From positions 2,528,001 to 2,592,000 of the forward strand of contig CAXXLZ010000002.1 of NCBI GenBank assembly GCA_963675595.2: a stretch of DNA of 64,000 bases. The letters are read 5' to 3'. This stretch comes from Thermodesulfobacteriota bacterium. GTDB taxonomy: Bacteria; Desulfobacterota; Desulfarculia; JACQYL01. The notes under the pieces were generated by a model. That model was not told the DNA's origin, ran no database searches, and was given only the letters and a program-made list of their open reading frames with translations. Below are positions 29,723 to 39,801 of this stretch, piece by piece; position 1 is the first letter of the stretch; every line of letters begins with the position of its first letter. Position numbers and translations under genes: made by a program.

Positions 29723-30298
29723 TCAACCGACTCCCTGAAGCGATTTGATCAGCACGCTGATATTTCGAACGAGATCACTCAGCCGGAACACCGCGTCGTT
29801 GATGGTCTTCAAAGTGGGGAAGATGGGGTCGGACTCGTTCATGTCCAACATGACAAGCTGTAGTTTTCCTGAAATGATGGTCAAAGGTTGATTGAGATCA
29901 TGGCCCGCCTTGCGGATGTGGTTCAATGTCTCATCGATCCGCGCCGCGAATTGCTGCTTCGTCGAGTCCGTGGAACCCTCCGAAGCACGGGAATCCAGGA
30001 AATGCGCCTTCATGGGCTTGCCGCCCACGGACACTTCCCTGGAAGTAACGGACACCGGGACCTGTCTTGCATCCAATGCTTGAACTTTTGCGCTCCAAAC
30101 TCCGGATCGATCGGAAATCGAAGCGGGGTCGGGCGGATAAGCGGTAAGTAGTTCCGTAACCGGAACCCCGGTTAGGTCTTCGGACTCGGTGGCTCCAAAC
30201 AGCTCCTGCGCCGGCTGATTGGCGAGCACAACATTGCCTTTTTCCTCAATCAGTACCGATAGGGGACAAGCATTCGCCAACATGGCTATTTCATTCAT
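29723..30298 (-). CDS. PAS + HisKA dimerization/phosphoacceptor protein lacking the ATPase domain
   Basis: PAS-like N-terminus (ANQPAQELFG) and H-box GHDLNQPLTII; the ORF ends after the DHp helices. Confidence 0.75.
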   Translation of the reverse strand: MNEIAMLANACPLSVLIEEKGNVVLANQPAQELFGATESEDLTGVPVTELLTAYPPDPASISDRSGVWSAKVQALDARQVPVSVTSREVSVGGKPMKAHFLDSRASEGSTDSTKQQFAARIDETLNHIRKAGHDLNQPLTIISGKLQLVMLDMNESDPIFPTLKTINDAVFRLSDLVRNISVLIKSLQGVG

Positions 30299-30899
30299 CG
30301 CTCCGCTCCTCCGGCTTCACAGCCCCCATGAAGGCCGATCCACCGGCGATAATAAACAACCGTCAAGAAAGACTCGACCACCAAAGCAAATCGCTTTTCC
30401 GCCCGACCTTAAGCGCCGCCGACCGGTTGTCGTCAAGGTTTCACTTTCCGGTTTACCACCTTATCCCTGATCTCCGCAACATCCTTATCATAACAGGAAG
30501 TTAGAGTATGGAGAAACGAGAAAACCCACATTGTGATTTCTCAGCCGCCGGGAAGAAAGCCGAAATACGTTCAAGTCGGCCGAGTCCGGTTCGCCAAAGA
30601 TCCGTCCAACGTCGATTTGATCCGCCGAAAAGCCATCCATTCCCGTCGTCTTCTTGGCAGATCGGTCAAGATATGGAATCTCTTGAAGAAAAATGATTGT
30701 ATTGTATAACCATGCGGCATCCGATACAAGACGATTCACGCGCACGGGCCGGCAATCAGAAGTGAATTCGGGGTATTCAGGGTAGGAGGCGGGTTTCGCG
30801 ATTCCGAAATGGAGCGCCTTGCCTCCGAAGGTTACCGCCATTCCGTCTGCCGAGGTGAGTCGGCGAAGCCTTCACCATTGGCCGATATGTCGAGAGTCA

Positions 30900-31571
30900 A
30901 TGCATAATCCTCTGTTTCAGTTCGAAAATATTGCTTTGGGTTTCCGCGAGGACCGTCCTCTGTTCCGCGAAGTGAATCTGACTGTTGAACGCGGCGACCT
31001 GATCATTGTCCGAGGGGCTTCCGGTTCCGGCAAATCTTCCTTCCTCCGACTTCTCAACAGAATCCAGGAGCCCTCCGCAGGCCGCATTCTCTTCGAGGGG
31101 CGGTCCATCGAGGCTCCATCCGTGGCTTCCCTACGCCGCCGTGTAGCCTACATCCACCAAACCCCCGCACTGATTGAAGACACCATAGCGGCGAATCTAC
31201 TTCTCCCTTTTCGTTTCAAAGCATGCCGTGAAATACCGATACCCTCGAAGGATGACCTCCGAAGCCTGCTCGCGAGGTTCCTGTCGGCGGATCTGGCGTT
31301 GGACGAACCTGCCGGTACCCTATCTGTGGGACAAAAGCAACGCCTGTGCTTGATTCGTTCCCTGCTCCTCCGCCCGGAGGTTTTGCTGCCGGACGAACCC
31401 ACCTCCGCGCTGGACCCGGAGTCCGCCGCAATTGTCGAGCGGGAAATCCTTCGTGCCAACGTCGAGGACGGAGTAACCGTCGTTATGGCGACCCATCGTC
31501 CGTCGGCCGTCTATAGCTCGGATCGTATCCGCCACTGGCGCCTGCACAACCGTCGCATCGAGGAATGTTAG
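30900..31571 (+). CDS. ABC ATP-binding protein (FetA/YbbL-like)
   Basis: GASGSGKS, LSVGQKQR and DEPTSALD; overlaps the permease gene. Confidence 0.85.
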   Translation: MHNPLFQFENIALGFREDRPLFREVNLTVERGDLIIVRGASGSGKSSFLRLLNRIQEPSAGRILFEGRSIEAPSVASLRRRVAYIHQTPALIEDTIAANLLLPFRFKACREIPIPSKDDLRSLLARFLSADLALDEPAGTLSVGQKQRLCLIRSLLLRPEVLLPDEPTSALDPESAAIVEREILRANVEDGVTVVMATHRPSAVYSSDRIRHWRLHNRRIEEC

Positions 31572-32383
31572 CCGTGGGAACCCTGGAGATCGGGACTTTT
31601 CAGCTTGTGTTGTGCCTCATTTTCGTGCTCATGTCCGGGTTGTGCTCGTTGCTCCTCAGTCTCAAACTCGAGCGGGATATTCTGGTGGGTACGGTGCGTA
31701 CCTTTGCCCAGCTTTTCCTCATGGGCTACACCCTCCGCTACGTTTTCGAGTTCAGCCGGGTTTGGGTCGTGCTCCTTCTGTTTTCGGGCATGATCGGTTT
31801 TGCCGCCTGGACCATCCGGGGCCGTGTAAAGGAACGCACCGTACCATTTTTTCGTCCCACGTTGATATCCATGCTCATCACCTACACGGCCGTGACGGCG
31901 GTGGTCACCGGAGTCATCGTCCAGGCTCGCCCCTGGTATCTTCCTCAATATTTCATTCCTCTGGGCGGCATGGTGGTGGGCAACTCCATGACCGCCATCG
32001 CCGTTTCCCTGGATCGGCTCTTCGGAGACCTCAGGTCGAAGCGACAACTCATCGAGACAATGCTTTGCCTCGGAGCGGATTATCGCGAGGCGACCCATGA
32101 AATTCTGAGAGAGGCGGTGCGGGCGGGCATGATCCCCACCATCAATTCAATGATGGCCGTGGGGATCGTCTTCCTTCCGGGTATGATGACCGGTCAGATT
32201 CTCGGCGGCACGGACCCGGTCTTGGCCATCAAATATCAAATCGTAGTCATGTTGATGCTCACCGCATCCACCGCGGCCGGCAGCATTTTGGTGACGTTTT
32301 TGGTTCGACGTCGTTGCTTCACGGCGGCTCAGCAACTGATCATCGGTGCTGCAAGAAAGGAGGGAAGTCGGCCGACTCCTTAA
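31565..32383 (+). CDS. fetB: FetB/YbbM (UPF0014) ABC permease
   Basis: RT..QL...GY.L, IPLGGMVVGNSM, LPGMMTGQILGG.DP..A..YQI. Confidence 0.88.
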   Translation: MLAVGTLEIGTFQLVLCLIFVLMSGLCSLLLSLKLERDILVGTVRTFAQLFLMGYTLRYVFEFSRVWVVLLLFSGMIGFAAWTIRGRVKERTVPFFRPTLISMLITYTAVTAVVTGVIVQARPWYLPQYFIPLGGMVVGNSMTAIAVSLDRLFGDLRSKRQLIETMLCLGADYREATHEILREAVRAGMIPTINSMMAVGIVFLPGMMTGQILGGTDPVLAIKYQIVVMLMLTASTAAGSILVTFLVRRRCFTAAQQLIIGAARKEGSRPTP

Positions 32384-32517
32384 TCCCGAGGATGTCGCGT
32401 GTCTCGCTCTTCCGCCGACGCCCCGCGGATTGAAAAGGACCTGAAAACAGGGTAGGATTATTTATTGTCCAACGCGTTCAGCTTGGAACGATCTCCCAGC
32501 AAAAGACGGACCACATA

Positions 32518-33663
32518 ATGATTGACGTGCCGGTACCCCGAGAACGACTGCAGTTCTTTCTTTCCAAGCTGGACCTAAGTCGCGGCGACATGGCGCATCT
32601 TGAGCCTTACCGATTGCGCTTCGCGGCCAAGAGCGACGACTTCGCTTCCTTCTTCACGGAATACTTTCTTCAAATCCCCCAAACCCGAATCGTCCTGGAA
32701 CACGAGCGGCAACCCAATCGTTTCGAAAAAGCCCTGGCGATCTGGTTCCAAAGATTTTTCGAAGACGAATTTGCCGCCGGTTTTCTGGAATATCTCTGGA
32801 AAAGCGGTCTCAAACACGTTGAGATCAATCTGGATCAGCGATACGTGAATCTCGGTTATGCGATCGCTCGTCAGTTCTGCCATGGAATGGTCCGAGAGCT
32901 GGTTCCCGCAGAACATCGGGAACAAGTGTCCAAAGTTATCGACAAGATGCTCGATTTCTGCGTTCTTGTCGCCACGGATTCATTGATATCGGCAACGGCG
33001 CAGTGCGATGTCGAGGTGATCCGGGGCATTTCTCATCAGGTGAGAAACCCGGTGACGGTGATCGGCGGGAATATTCGGAGGCTGCAAAAAAACCTGGATG
33101 CGGGCAATCCTGTGTACCAGACGTACGAAGCCATTATGCAGGAAAATAGACGTTTGGAGAGAATGGTATCCGACGTGGGTGTCTATACCGATATTTTCCG
33201 CAGAGAACCGGTATTTAAAGAAGAATCCCTCTTAAAGATACTCCTGAAAGCGGTCAAGGAACTCGAACACAAATTCGCCGCCGCCGTGATCCCGATTTCC
33301 TTGGACCTGAACCCCCAACTGACCCAAGTGTACGGGGACGCCCGAGACCTGGAGTCCATGTTTTATTATCTGCTGGAAAACTCTTTTGAGGCAGTGAGCG
33401 GCCGGGGAGGAGAAATTCGGGTCCAATCCATGAAGAGCCCCCTGCAGAACTTCCTGCGGATACGCATATCAAATCCCGGCACCTTGCCCAAAGACGAAAC
33501 CATGGACAACCTGTTCGCTCCGTTTTATTCCTCCAAACCCACAGGTACCGGATTCGGTCTGCCCATCGCCTCCCTTGCCGCCCGCAAGAACCTGGGAACC
33601 CTGAAGCTGGAATCCGCGTCCGAAGGCGTGCTCTGCACGATTGAATTGCCTTCGGCCCGCTGA
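32518..33663 (+). CDS. Globin-coupled (protoglobin-domain) sensor histidine kinase
   Basis: N-terminal globin-like helices with W..G..HVEINLD..YV; H-box SHQVRNP, ENS.EA, PFYSSKP.GTGFGL. Confidence 0.78.
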   Translation: MIDVPVPRERLQFFLSKLDLSRGDMAHLEPYRLRFAAKSDDFASFFTEYFLQIPQTRIVLEHERQPNRFEKALAIWFQRFFEDEFAAGFLEYLWKSGLKHVEINLDQRYVNLGYAIARQFCHGMVRELVPAEHREQVSKVIDKMLDFCVLVATDSLISATAQCDVEVIRGISHQVRNPVTVIGGNIRRLQKNLDAGNPVYQTYEAIMQENRRLERMVSDVGVYTDIFRREPVFKEESLLKILLKAVKELEHKFAAAVIPISLDLNPQLTQVYGDARDLESMFYYLLENSFEAVSGRGGEIRVQSMKSPLQNFLRIRISNPGTLPKDETMDNLFAPFYSSKPTGTGFGLPIASLAARKNLGTLKLESASEGVLCTIELPSAR

Positions 33664-33760
33664 CGCGCGCCCGTGTTCGTTTGGGGACCGGAGGCATGAA
33701 CGCCCCCAAAGGACCCTCGGCGTCGGTCCGAAAGCTCCCGCAGGTCATTGCGTGATCCAA

Positions 33761-34426
33761 TTATTCGAGGTCTTGGGGGTGTTCCGCATCGAGGCGCTCC
33801 AAGGCCGCGCGAGCCGCTCTCACGAACCTGAGATCATCCAGGGAATAGGCCAAATTCTCATCTTCGACGATTTGTCGCAGCGGTTCCCGCGCCTCGGGTG
33901 TCCCGAGACTTCCCAACGCCTCGGCCGCCTTCTCCCGGACGTACATGTCGGGATGCGAGAACAGGCCGACCAGGGAGCCGAGGGCCTCCCGGCGCTTCGC
34001 CCTGCCCAAAGCCTCCGCGGCTTTCCATACCAGTTCCGCATCCGGATCGGCCAGGAAACGAATCAGCTCGGCCGCAGCCCGCTCATCTGCAAGACTTCCC
34101 AGCGCCTCCAGGGATCTCATGCGAACGTAGCGTATCGGATCCGTATGGAGGACGCGAATCAACGGCTCCACCGATTCGGGAGAGGCGAAAGACATCAGAG
34201 CATCCACCGCCTCGCTTCGCAAATAGGGAACGGGATCGTGAAGCGCTACTTCGAAAAGGGCTTGCAGGGCCTCCGCAGCCGGCGACTCTTTCAGCCTCCT
34301 CACGGCTCCGAGCCGGGCGCCCTCATCCTCGGAACGCAACTCCCGCAGGGCGCTTTCCACCGCGCACTGGTCTTCCCCTCTTCCCAAGGCAAGGTTCCTT
34401 TCAGGATTTCCGAATTTCGTTGCCAT
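33761..34426 (-). CDS. HEAT/PBS-lyase repeat protein
   Basis: Repeated D....VR..AAEALG units; start uncertain. Confidence 0.85.
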   Translation of the reverse strand: MATKFGNPERNLALGRGEDQCAVESALRELRSEDEGARLGAVRRLKESPAAEALQALFEVALHDPVPYLRSEAVDALMSFASPESVEPLIRVLHTDPIRYVRMRSLEALGSLADERAAAELIRFLADPDAELVWKAAEALGRAKRREALGSLVGLFSHPDMYVREKAAEALGSLGTPEAREPLRQIVEDENLAYSLDDLRFVRAARAALERLDAEHPQDLE

Positions 34427-35192
34427 CCGATGGGTTCGCGCCCAAAACAAATGCCTTGGCCTCTCGATAGGTTTTCGCAAGCAGGTCCAGGGTACCCGGA
34501 CGGGCCTCGGTTCTCAGGCCGAACAGTTCATTGAATTCCTGAATATTCTCTCTCATTTTTCCTTCATCGAGCAGGGGCGTGGTCACCAGGAGAGACCGTT
34601 CGTAATGGGCGAACATGCGCCGCGCCAAATCCACTCCCATCCCTCCGCGTTCGACATCCATTACGCGTCGCCAGTGATGGGTCCATCCCGGTATCATGAA
34701 AAAAGTGCCCGCAATCCTACACTGCTCACCGTAGTAGTTCTCCCGGCCGCCGATGAGCAGCCCGACGCAGTCGTCCACTGGATGGTCCTCATCCATGGGA
34801 AGAAACACCGGCGCTCCGGCATCGGATAGAAGTTCGGAAGGATTCTCCAACGCATTTCCGCACAACCCGTAGCCCAGCAGCAGCGCATCCACTCGGCTTC
34901 CCATGTCTTCTGCCGCGTCCGCCAGTCCCCGTTGAAGTCGTTTCTTGCGGTCGTGGAGCGCCAGTTCCAGCACTTGAACCAGGATATGGATGCCATCGTC
35001 CGGCATTTGAAACACGGATGCTTCTCTTAGGCACCGCACCTCCCTCGAATCCCGTTCCTCCAACAAGCGGATGAAGCGTTGGGAATGCCCGTCCTCCACC
35101 ACTGAAATGTTTACGATGTCGGGATCGGAGGCGAGCAGGTGGGCGAATTCGAGTTCGAGCACTTCGCACATCAAAATTCCCAAAGCGGGCAT
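34401..35192 (-). CDS. DUF1638 domain protein
   Basis: L.LALH, LLGYGLCGNAL, VDDC...LIGG and GTFF..PGW. Confidence 0.82.
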   Translation of the reverse strand: MPALGILMCEVLELEFAHLLASDPDIVNISVVEDGHSQRFIRLLEERDSREVRCLREASVFQMPDDGIHILVQVLELALHDRKKRLQRGLADAAEDMGSRVDALLLGYGLCGNALENPSELLSDAGAPVFLPMDEDHPVDDCVGLLIGGRENYYGEQCRIAGTFFMIPGWTHHWRRVMDVERGGMGVDLARRMFAHYERSLLVTTPLLDEGKMRENIQEFNELFGLRTEARPGTLDLLAKTYREAKAFVLGANPSDGNEIRKS

Positions 35193-35315
35193 GGCGGGCT
35201 CCTTGACGGCGGATGGGTTCCGCCTCGGCGTGTTTATTTGTCGGGTCTTCACCAACTTGGTGAACAGGTTATCACAAAGAGCACCTACGCCGGCGCGGCG
35301 ACATGCGAGCAAACG

Positions 35316-36479
35316 CTAGCATCGATCCAGCATCCCCGGCAGGGAATCCGCCACCGCGAACCCCTTTTCCGTGGGCCGAAATCCGCTCTCGTCAAGAACG
35401 ACCAATTGTTGCAGCTCCAAAAACGTCAGGACGCTCCGATAATGTTCGTGATTGTCGGTTCCGGGTTCCAGCGCGGGATGGCCCCAGGGCATTCCGGCAG
35501 CGGTTCGAAAAGCGAAGAACAGGGCTTCCAGCCTGAATTTTTCCCAATCAATGCTTTCCCCGTCCTCCACGGGAGGTTCGCCCCGGTCCGAAGCCTTTAG
35601 GTACGACTCCAAATTCTTGTGATTCCAACGACGCCGCCCACCATCAAAGGAATGGGCCGCAGGTCCCAAACCGAGATAAGGTACGTGGGACCAGTACTTA
35701 AGGTTGTGCCGCGACCGACAATGCGGAGCGGCCGCGAAGTTGGATATCTCATAATGCTCGTATCCCTCTTTGGAGAGGAATTCGGCGGTTTCCGAGAAAA
35801 AGGCGCACGTCTCCTCATCGTTCAAGGGGACGACTTTGCCTTTCCTTCGCTGAAGATCAAGGGGGGTTCCCGATTCAAAGGTCAACTGGTAGCAGGACAG
35901 GTGTTCCGGCCGAAAATCAACTATGGAACGCAGATCGTCTCGCCAGTCCGTAAGGCTTTGCCCCGGGATTCCGTAGATCAGATCCGCCCCTATGGCCTCG
36001 AACCCCACCTCGCGCGCCCATTTCAGGGTTCGCGCCGCTGCTTCTCCCGTGTGACGTCTCCCCAGAAATCGGAGAAGCGGATCGCGAAAGGATTGAACTC
36101 CGATGCTGATCCGGTTGACACCCAAAGAGTTCAAGGTGCCGAGGCGATCCGGATTGACGTCTCCGGGATTCACTTCCATGGTGATTTCCGAAGAGTCTTT
36201 GAAGGAAAAGACGCGGCGCAGGCCGGAAAAAAGTTCTCTCAGGTCGGAACCGGTCAGAAGGCTGGGTGTGCCTCCCCCCAGGTACAGGGTGTCGAATTCC
36301 CCCCACGATTCTTCGTACAAAGAAGCTTCTTTGACGACGGCCTTCACCGTGCGGGGAATCAGATCGGTCCGGGTGTAGGACACGAAATCGCAATACCGAC
36401 ACTTCCGGGAGCAGAAAGGAATATGAACATACAATCCCGCCGGTTCGGCGGACGGGGGGGGCCCGCCTTCCAAGCTCAC
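35316..36479 (-). CDS. hemW: Radical SAM heme chaperone HemW
   Basis: YVHIPFCSRKCRYCDF, GGGTPS, HYEISN, HN..YW; sits downstream of lepA. Confidence 0.92.
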   Translation of the reverse strand: MSLEGGPPPSAEPAGLYVHIPFCSRKCRYCDFVSYTRTDLIPRTVKAVVKEASLYEESWGEFDTLYLGGGTPSLLTGSDLRELFSGLRRVFSFKDSSEITMEVNPGDVNPDRLGTLNSLGVNRISIGVQSFRDPLLRFLGRRHTGEAAARTLKWAREVGFEAIGADLIYGIPGQSLTDWRDDLRSIVDFRPEHLSCYQLTFESGTPLDLQRRKGKVVPLNDEETCAFFSETAEFLSKEGYEHYEISNFAAAPHCRSRHNLKYWSHVPYLGLGPAAHSFDGGRRRWNHKNLESYLKASDRGEPPVEDGESIDWEKFRLEALFFAFRTAAGMPWGHPALEPGTDNHEHYRSVLTFLELQQLVVLDESGFRPTEKGFAVADSLPGMLDRC

Positions 36480-38284
36480 TCCTGCTCGGACTTGAGAACG
36501 GCGATGAACGCGCTCTGGGGAACCGTCACCTGCCCGATCATCTTCATGCGTTTTTTCCCGGCTTTCTGTTTCTCCAGCAGCTTCCGTTTTCGCGTGATAT
36601 CACCGCCGTAACACTTGGCTGTCACATCCTTCCTGAAAGCGCTGATCGTGGACCGGGCGATGATCTGACCGCCGATGGCTCCCTGGATGGCGATCTTGAA
36701 CATGTGACGGGGAATTTCCTCTTTCAAGCGATCGCAAGCCTGTTTGGCCCGCAGTCGGGCCCGATCCCGGTGTGCGATCTGAGACAGTGCGTCCACCTTT
36801 TCGCCGTTGACCAAAATATCCACTTTGACCAGATCGCTGCTGCGGTACTCACCGAGTTCGTAGTCGAAAGACCCGTATCCCTGCGTGACGGTTTTGAGCT
36901 TGTCATAAAAATCATAAACCACTTCGGCCAGTGGGAGGTCCACGGTGAGCTCGATCCGCCCGGGCGTGGGGTAATTGTATCGGGGGTTTTCCCCCCTGCG
37001 TTCGAGCACCAGCGTCATCACGGTCCCCATATACCGATCCGGCATGATGATGGACGCCTTGATATACGGTTCGAAAGCCTCTTCGATCTCCACCGGGTCC
37101 GGATAATACGCCGGGTTGTCGATGACCACCAGGTTCTGATTCTTGAGCTTGAATCGAAAACGCACACTGGGCACGGTCATGATAATGGACTGATCATACT
37201 CCCTTTCGAGGCGTTCCTGAACCACTTCAAGATGAAGCAATCCCAGGAATCCACATCGAAAGCCTTGGCCCAGGGCCACGGACGAATCCTTTTCGTAGCT
37301 GAATGCCGCATCGTTCAAATGGTATTTGTCCAGAGCATCCGCCAGATCCTGATAATCGTCCGACGCAATAGGATAAATGGAGGAGAAGACCACAGGTTTG
37401 GCTTCTCGAAAGCCGGGCAGGGGTTTCGGCCGGGGGTTGGATTCCAGGGTGATGGTATCGCCGGTTCGGGTTTCCCGAACACTCTTGATTCCCGCGATAA
37501 TATAACCGACGTCTCCGGCGGTGAGCATCTTCTTGGGCTCACGGTTCACTCGAAACACACCCACTTCCTCGACCCGGTGCGTGGTCCCGCAACCCATCTG
37601 ACGAATCCAATCCCCTTGTTTAAGCCTGCCGTCTATGACCCGACAATGGATGATCGCACCCCGAAAAGCGTCGTACTGAGCATCAAAAATCAGAGCGGCC
37701 AACGGTGCATCGAGATCCCCCTCCGGAGGGGGTATCCGTTGGACAATGGCTTCCAGAACTTCCTCGATGCCGATGCCTTCCTTGGCGGAACACAAAAGCG
37801 CGCTTTCGGAATCCAGGCCCAACTCCACCTCGATCTCCTCCCGGACCCTTTCGGGTTCCGCGGAAGGCAGATCAATCTTGTTGATCACCGGAATGATGGC
37901 CAGGTCTTGTTCCATGGCCAGGTACAGGTTGGCCAGGGTCTGGGCTTCCACGCCCTGGGAGGCGTCCACCAGCAACAAAACTCCCTCACACGAAGCCAGG
38001 GCTCTGGAGACCTCGTAGGTGAAATCCACGTGGCCGGGCGTATCGATGAGGTTGAGCTCGTAGTGTTTGCCGTCCCGAGCCTTGTAGGGAAGACTGATGG
38101 CTTGGCTTTTGATCGTGATGCCCCGCTCCCGCTCGATATCCATGCTGTCCAGAAGCTGGTCCCGGAAAGCCCGCTCGTCCACCACCCCCGTGCTCTGAAT
38201 GAGACGGTCCGCGAGTGTGGACTTGCCGTGATCGATGTGCGCCACGATACTGAAGTTTCTGATGTGCTGCATCTTTGAAGTCAT
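36476..38284 (-). CDS. lepA: Elongation factor 4
   Basis: AHIDHGKSTLADR, ERERGITIK, KDVTAKCYGGDITRKRKLLEKQK. Confidence 0.98.
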   Translation of the reverse strand: MTSKMQHIRNFSIVAHIDHGKSTLADRLIQSTGVVDERAFRDQLLDSMDIERERGITIKSQAISLPYKARDGKHYELNLIDTPGHVDFTYEVSRALASCEGVLLLVDASQGVEAQTLANLYLAMEQDLAIIPVINKIDLPSAEPERVREEIEVELGLDSESALLCSAKEGIGIEEVLEAIVQRIPPPEGDLDAPLAALIFDAQYDAFRGAIIHCRVIDGRLKQGDWIRQMGCGTTHRVEEVGVFRVNREPKKMLTAGDVGYIIAGIKSVRETRTGDTITLESNPRPKPLPGFREAKPVVFSSIYPIASDDYQDLADALDKYHLNDAAFSYEKDSSVALGQGFRCGFLGLLHLEVVQERLEREYDQSIIMTVPSVRFRFKLKNQNLVVIDNPAYYPDPVEIEEAFEPYIKASIIMPDRYMGTVMTLVLERRGENPRYNYPTPGRIELTVDLPLAEVVYDFYDKLKTVTQGYGSFDYELGEYRSSDLVKVDILVNGEKVDALSQIAHRDRARLRAKQACDRLKEEIPRHMFKIAIQGAIGGQIIARSTISAFRKDVTAKCYGGDITRKRKLLEKQKAGKKRMKMIGQVTVPQSAFIAVLKSEQE

Positions 38285-38461
38285 TCCTCAACCTTCCGTG
38301 GTCTTCCGCTTCGTCCGGTCCGGGAACCCCCGAAACCGCTCCGCGACCATCAGGGATGGATCCCGGAAAACCGTTGACAAGTGCGGCCCGATGGCATATC
38401 AGTCCTTGGGTTTGCGGAAAACGCACCAACCAATAGTAGATAATCAAACGGGAATCAAGGC

Positions 38462-39760
38462 ATGCCAAACGTCGTTGTTGTAGGAACCCAGTGGGGGGAC
38501 GAGGGCAAGGGAAAGGTCGTGGACCTGCTCACCGAACACGCGGACCTCATCGTTCGTTTCCAGGGCGGGAATAACGCCGGCCACACCCTCCGGGTGGGCG
38601 AAGAGCAGTATATCCTCCACATCGTTCCCTCCGGAATCCTCTATGAAGACAAAAGTTGCCTCGTGGGAAACGGAGTCGTTATCGACCCTCTGGTCCTGCT
38701 GCAGGAAATACGAGGGCTGAAAGAACGAGGCATCGACATCCACACCCGACGCCTCGGGATAAGCGCGCGGGCTCATATGATCATGCCCTACCACCGGGCC
38801 CTCGATGCGGCTCGAGAACAGGCCAAAGGCGATACCAAGATCGGAACCACCGGCAGAGGCATCGGACCTTGCTACGAGGACAAAGCCGGGCGAAGGGGAA
38901 TCCGTTTCATCGATTTCGTTGACGAACAACGCTTTCTTTCCGTGTACCGAAGCAATCTTGAAGAAAAACGAAAGATTCTCACTCAGGTACTGGGCTCGGA
39001 CCTTCCCGTTGAGGAACCGGGAGAGTTGGACGCCCTTTTGGCTTCGGCACGAGAACTGGCTCCGTACCTTGCCGACGTTTCGGTCGAAATCAAGGAAGCC
39101 CTCGGGATGAAGAAGAACGTCCTTTTCGAGGGGGCCCAAGGAACCCAGTTGGACATCGACCACGGCACCTATCCCTATGTCACTTCTTCCAATCCGGTGG
39201 CCGGCTCGGTCTGCACGGGAGCGGGCATCGGACCGAAACACATCCATTTCGTTCTGGGAATCGTCAAAGCCTACGCCACAAGGGTGGGCGGCGGCGCATT
39301 CCCCACGGAACTCACGGACGCGGTGGGAGACCATCTACAGTCGCAAGGGGCCGAGTTTGGTGCGACCACCGGAAGAAAGCGTCGATGCGGCTGGCAGGAC
39401 CTGGTGGTTCTGCGGGACGCGGTACGCCTTAACGGTCTTCAGGGTCTCGCGGTGACCAAACTCGACGTACTCAGCGGATTGGACACCATTCGCGTCTGCA
39501 CCTCGTACGAGTGCAAAGGGAAGAAGCTGGACTCCATGCCTCCGAGTCTCGAAATGGTCGAACAATGCCGCCCCGTGTACGAGGATCATGCCGGTTGGAA
39601 GGAGGATATCGGCGAAGTGCGCGAATTCTCGGACCTGCCGGACGCGGCGAAAAAATATCTGCGACGCATCGAGGAGCTTGCCGGCACACCCATCAGCCTG
39701 ATCTCCGTGGGGGCTTCACGAGACCAGACCATCACGCTTCAAAACCCGTTTTCCATTTGA
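38462..39760 (+). CDS. purA: Adenylosuccinate synthetase
   Basis: QWGDEGKGK, GGNNAGHT, IGTTGRGIGP, EFGATTGR.RRCGW. Confidence 0.98.
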   Translation: MPNVVVVGTQWGDEGKGKVVDLLTEHADLIVRFQGGNNAGHTLRVGEEQYILHIVPSGILYEDKSCLVGNGVVIDPLVLLQEIRGLKERGIDIHTRRLGISARAHMIMPYHRALDAAREQAKGDTKIGTTGRGIGPCYEDKAGRRGIRFIDFVDEQRFLSVYRSNLEEKRKILTQVLGSDLPVEEPGELDALLASARELAPYLADVSVEIKEALGMKKNVLFEGAQGTQLDIDHGTYPYVTSSNPVAGSVCTGAGIGPKHIHFVLGIVKAYATRVGGGAFPTELTDAVGDHLQSQGAEFGATTGRKRRCGWQDLVVLRDAVRLNGLQGLAVTKLDVLSGLDTIRVCTSYECKGKKLDSMPPSLEMVEQCRPVYEDHAGWKEDIGEVREFSDLPDAAKKYLRRIEELAGTPISLISVGASRDQTITLQNPFSI

Positions 39761-39774
39761 CGACGGTTCGGTTC

Positions 39775-39800
39775 AGGGCGCCCGTACATACCGGCGCCCT
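39775..39800. terminator. Hairpin between the convergent purA and thiL genes
   Basis: AGGGCGCC...GGCGCCCT stem. Confidence 0.45.
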
Positions 39801-39801
39801 T

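Noticed and set aside
31380-31400. Walker B reads LLPDE instead of LLLDE in the FetA-like ATPase
   Set aside because: A single substitution that could be a tolerated variant or a sequencing error; the catalytic DE is intact.
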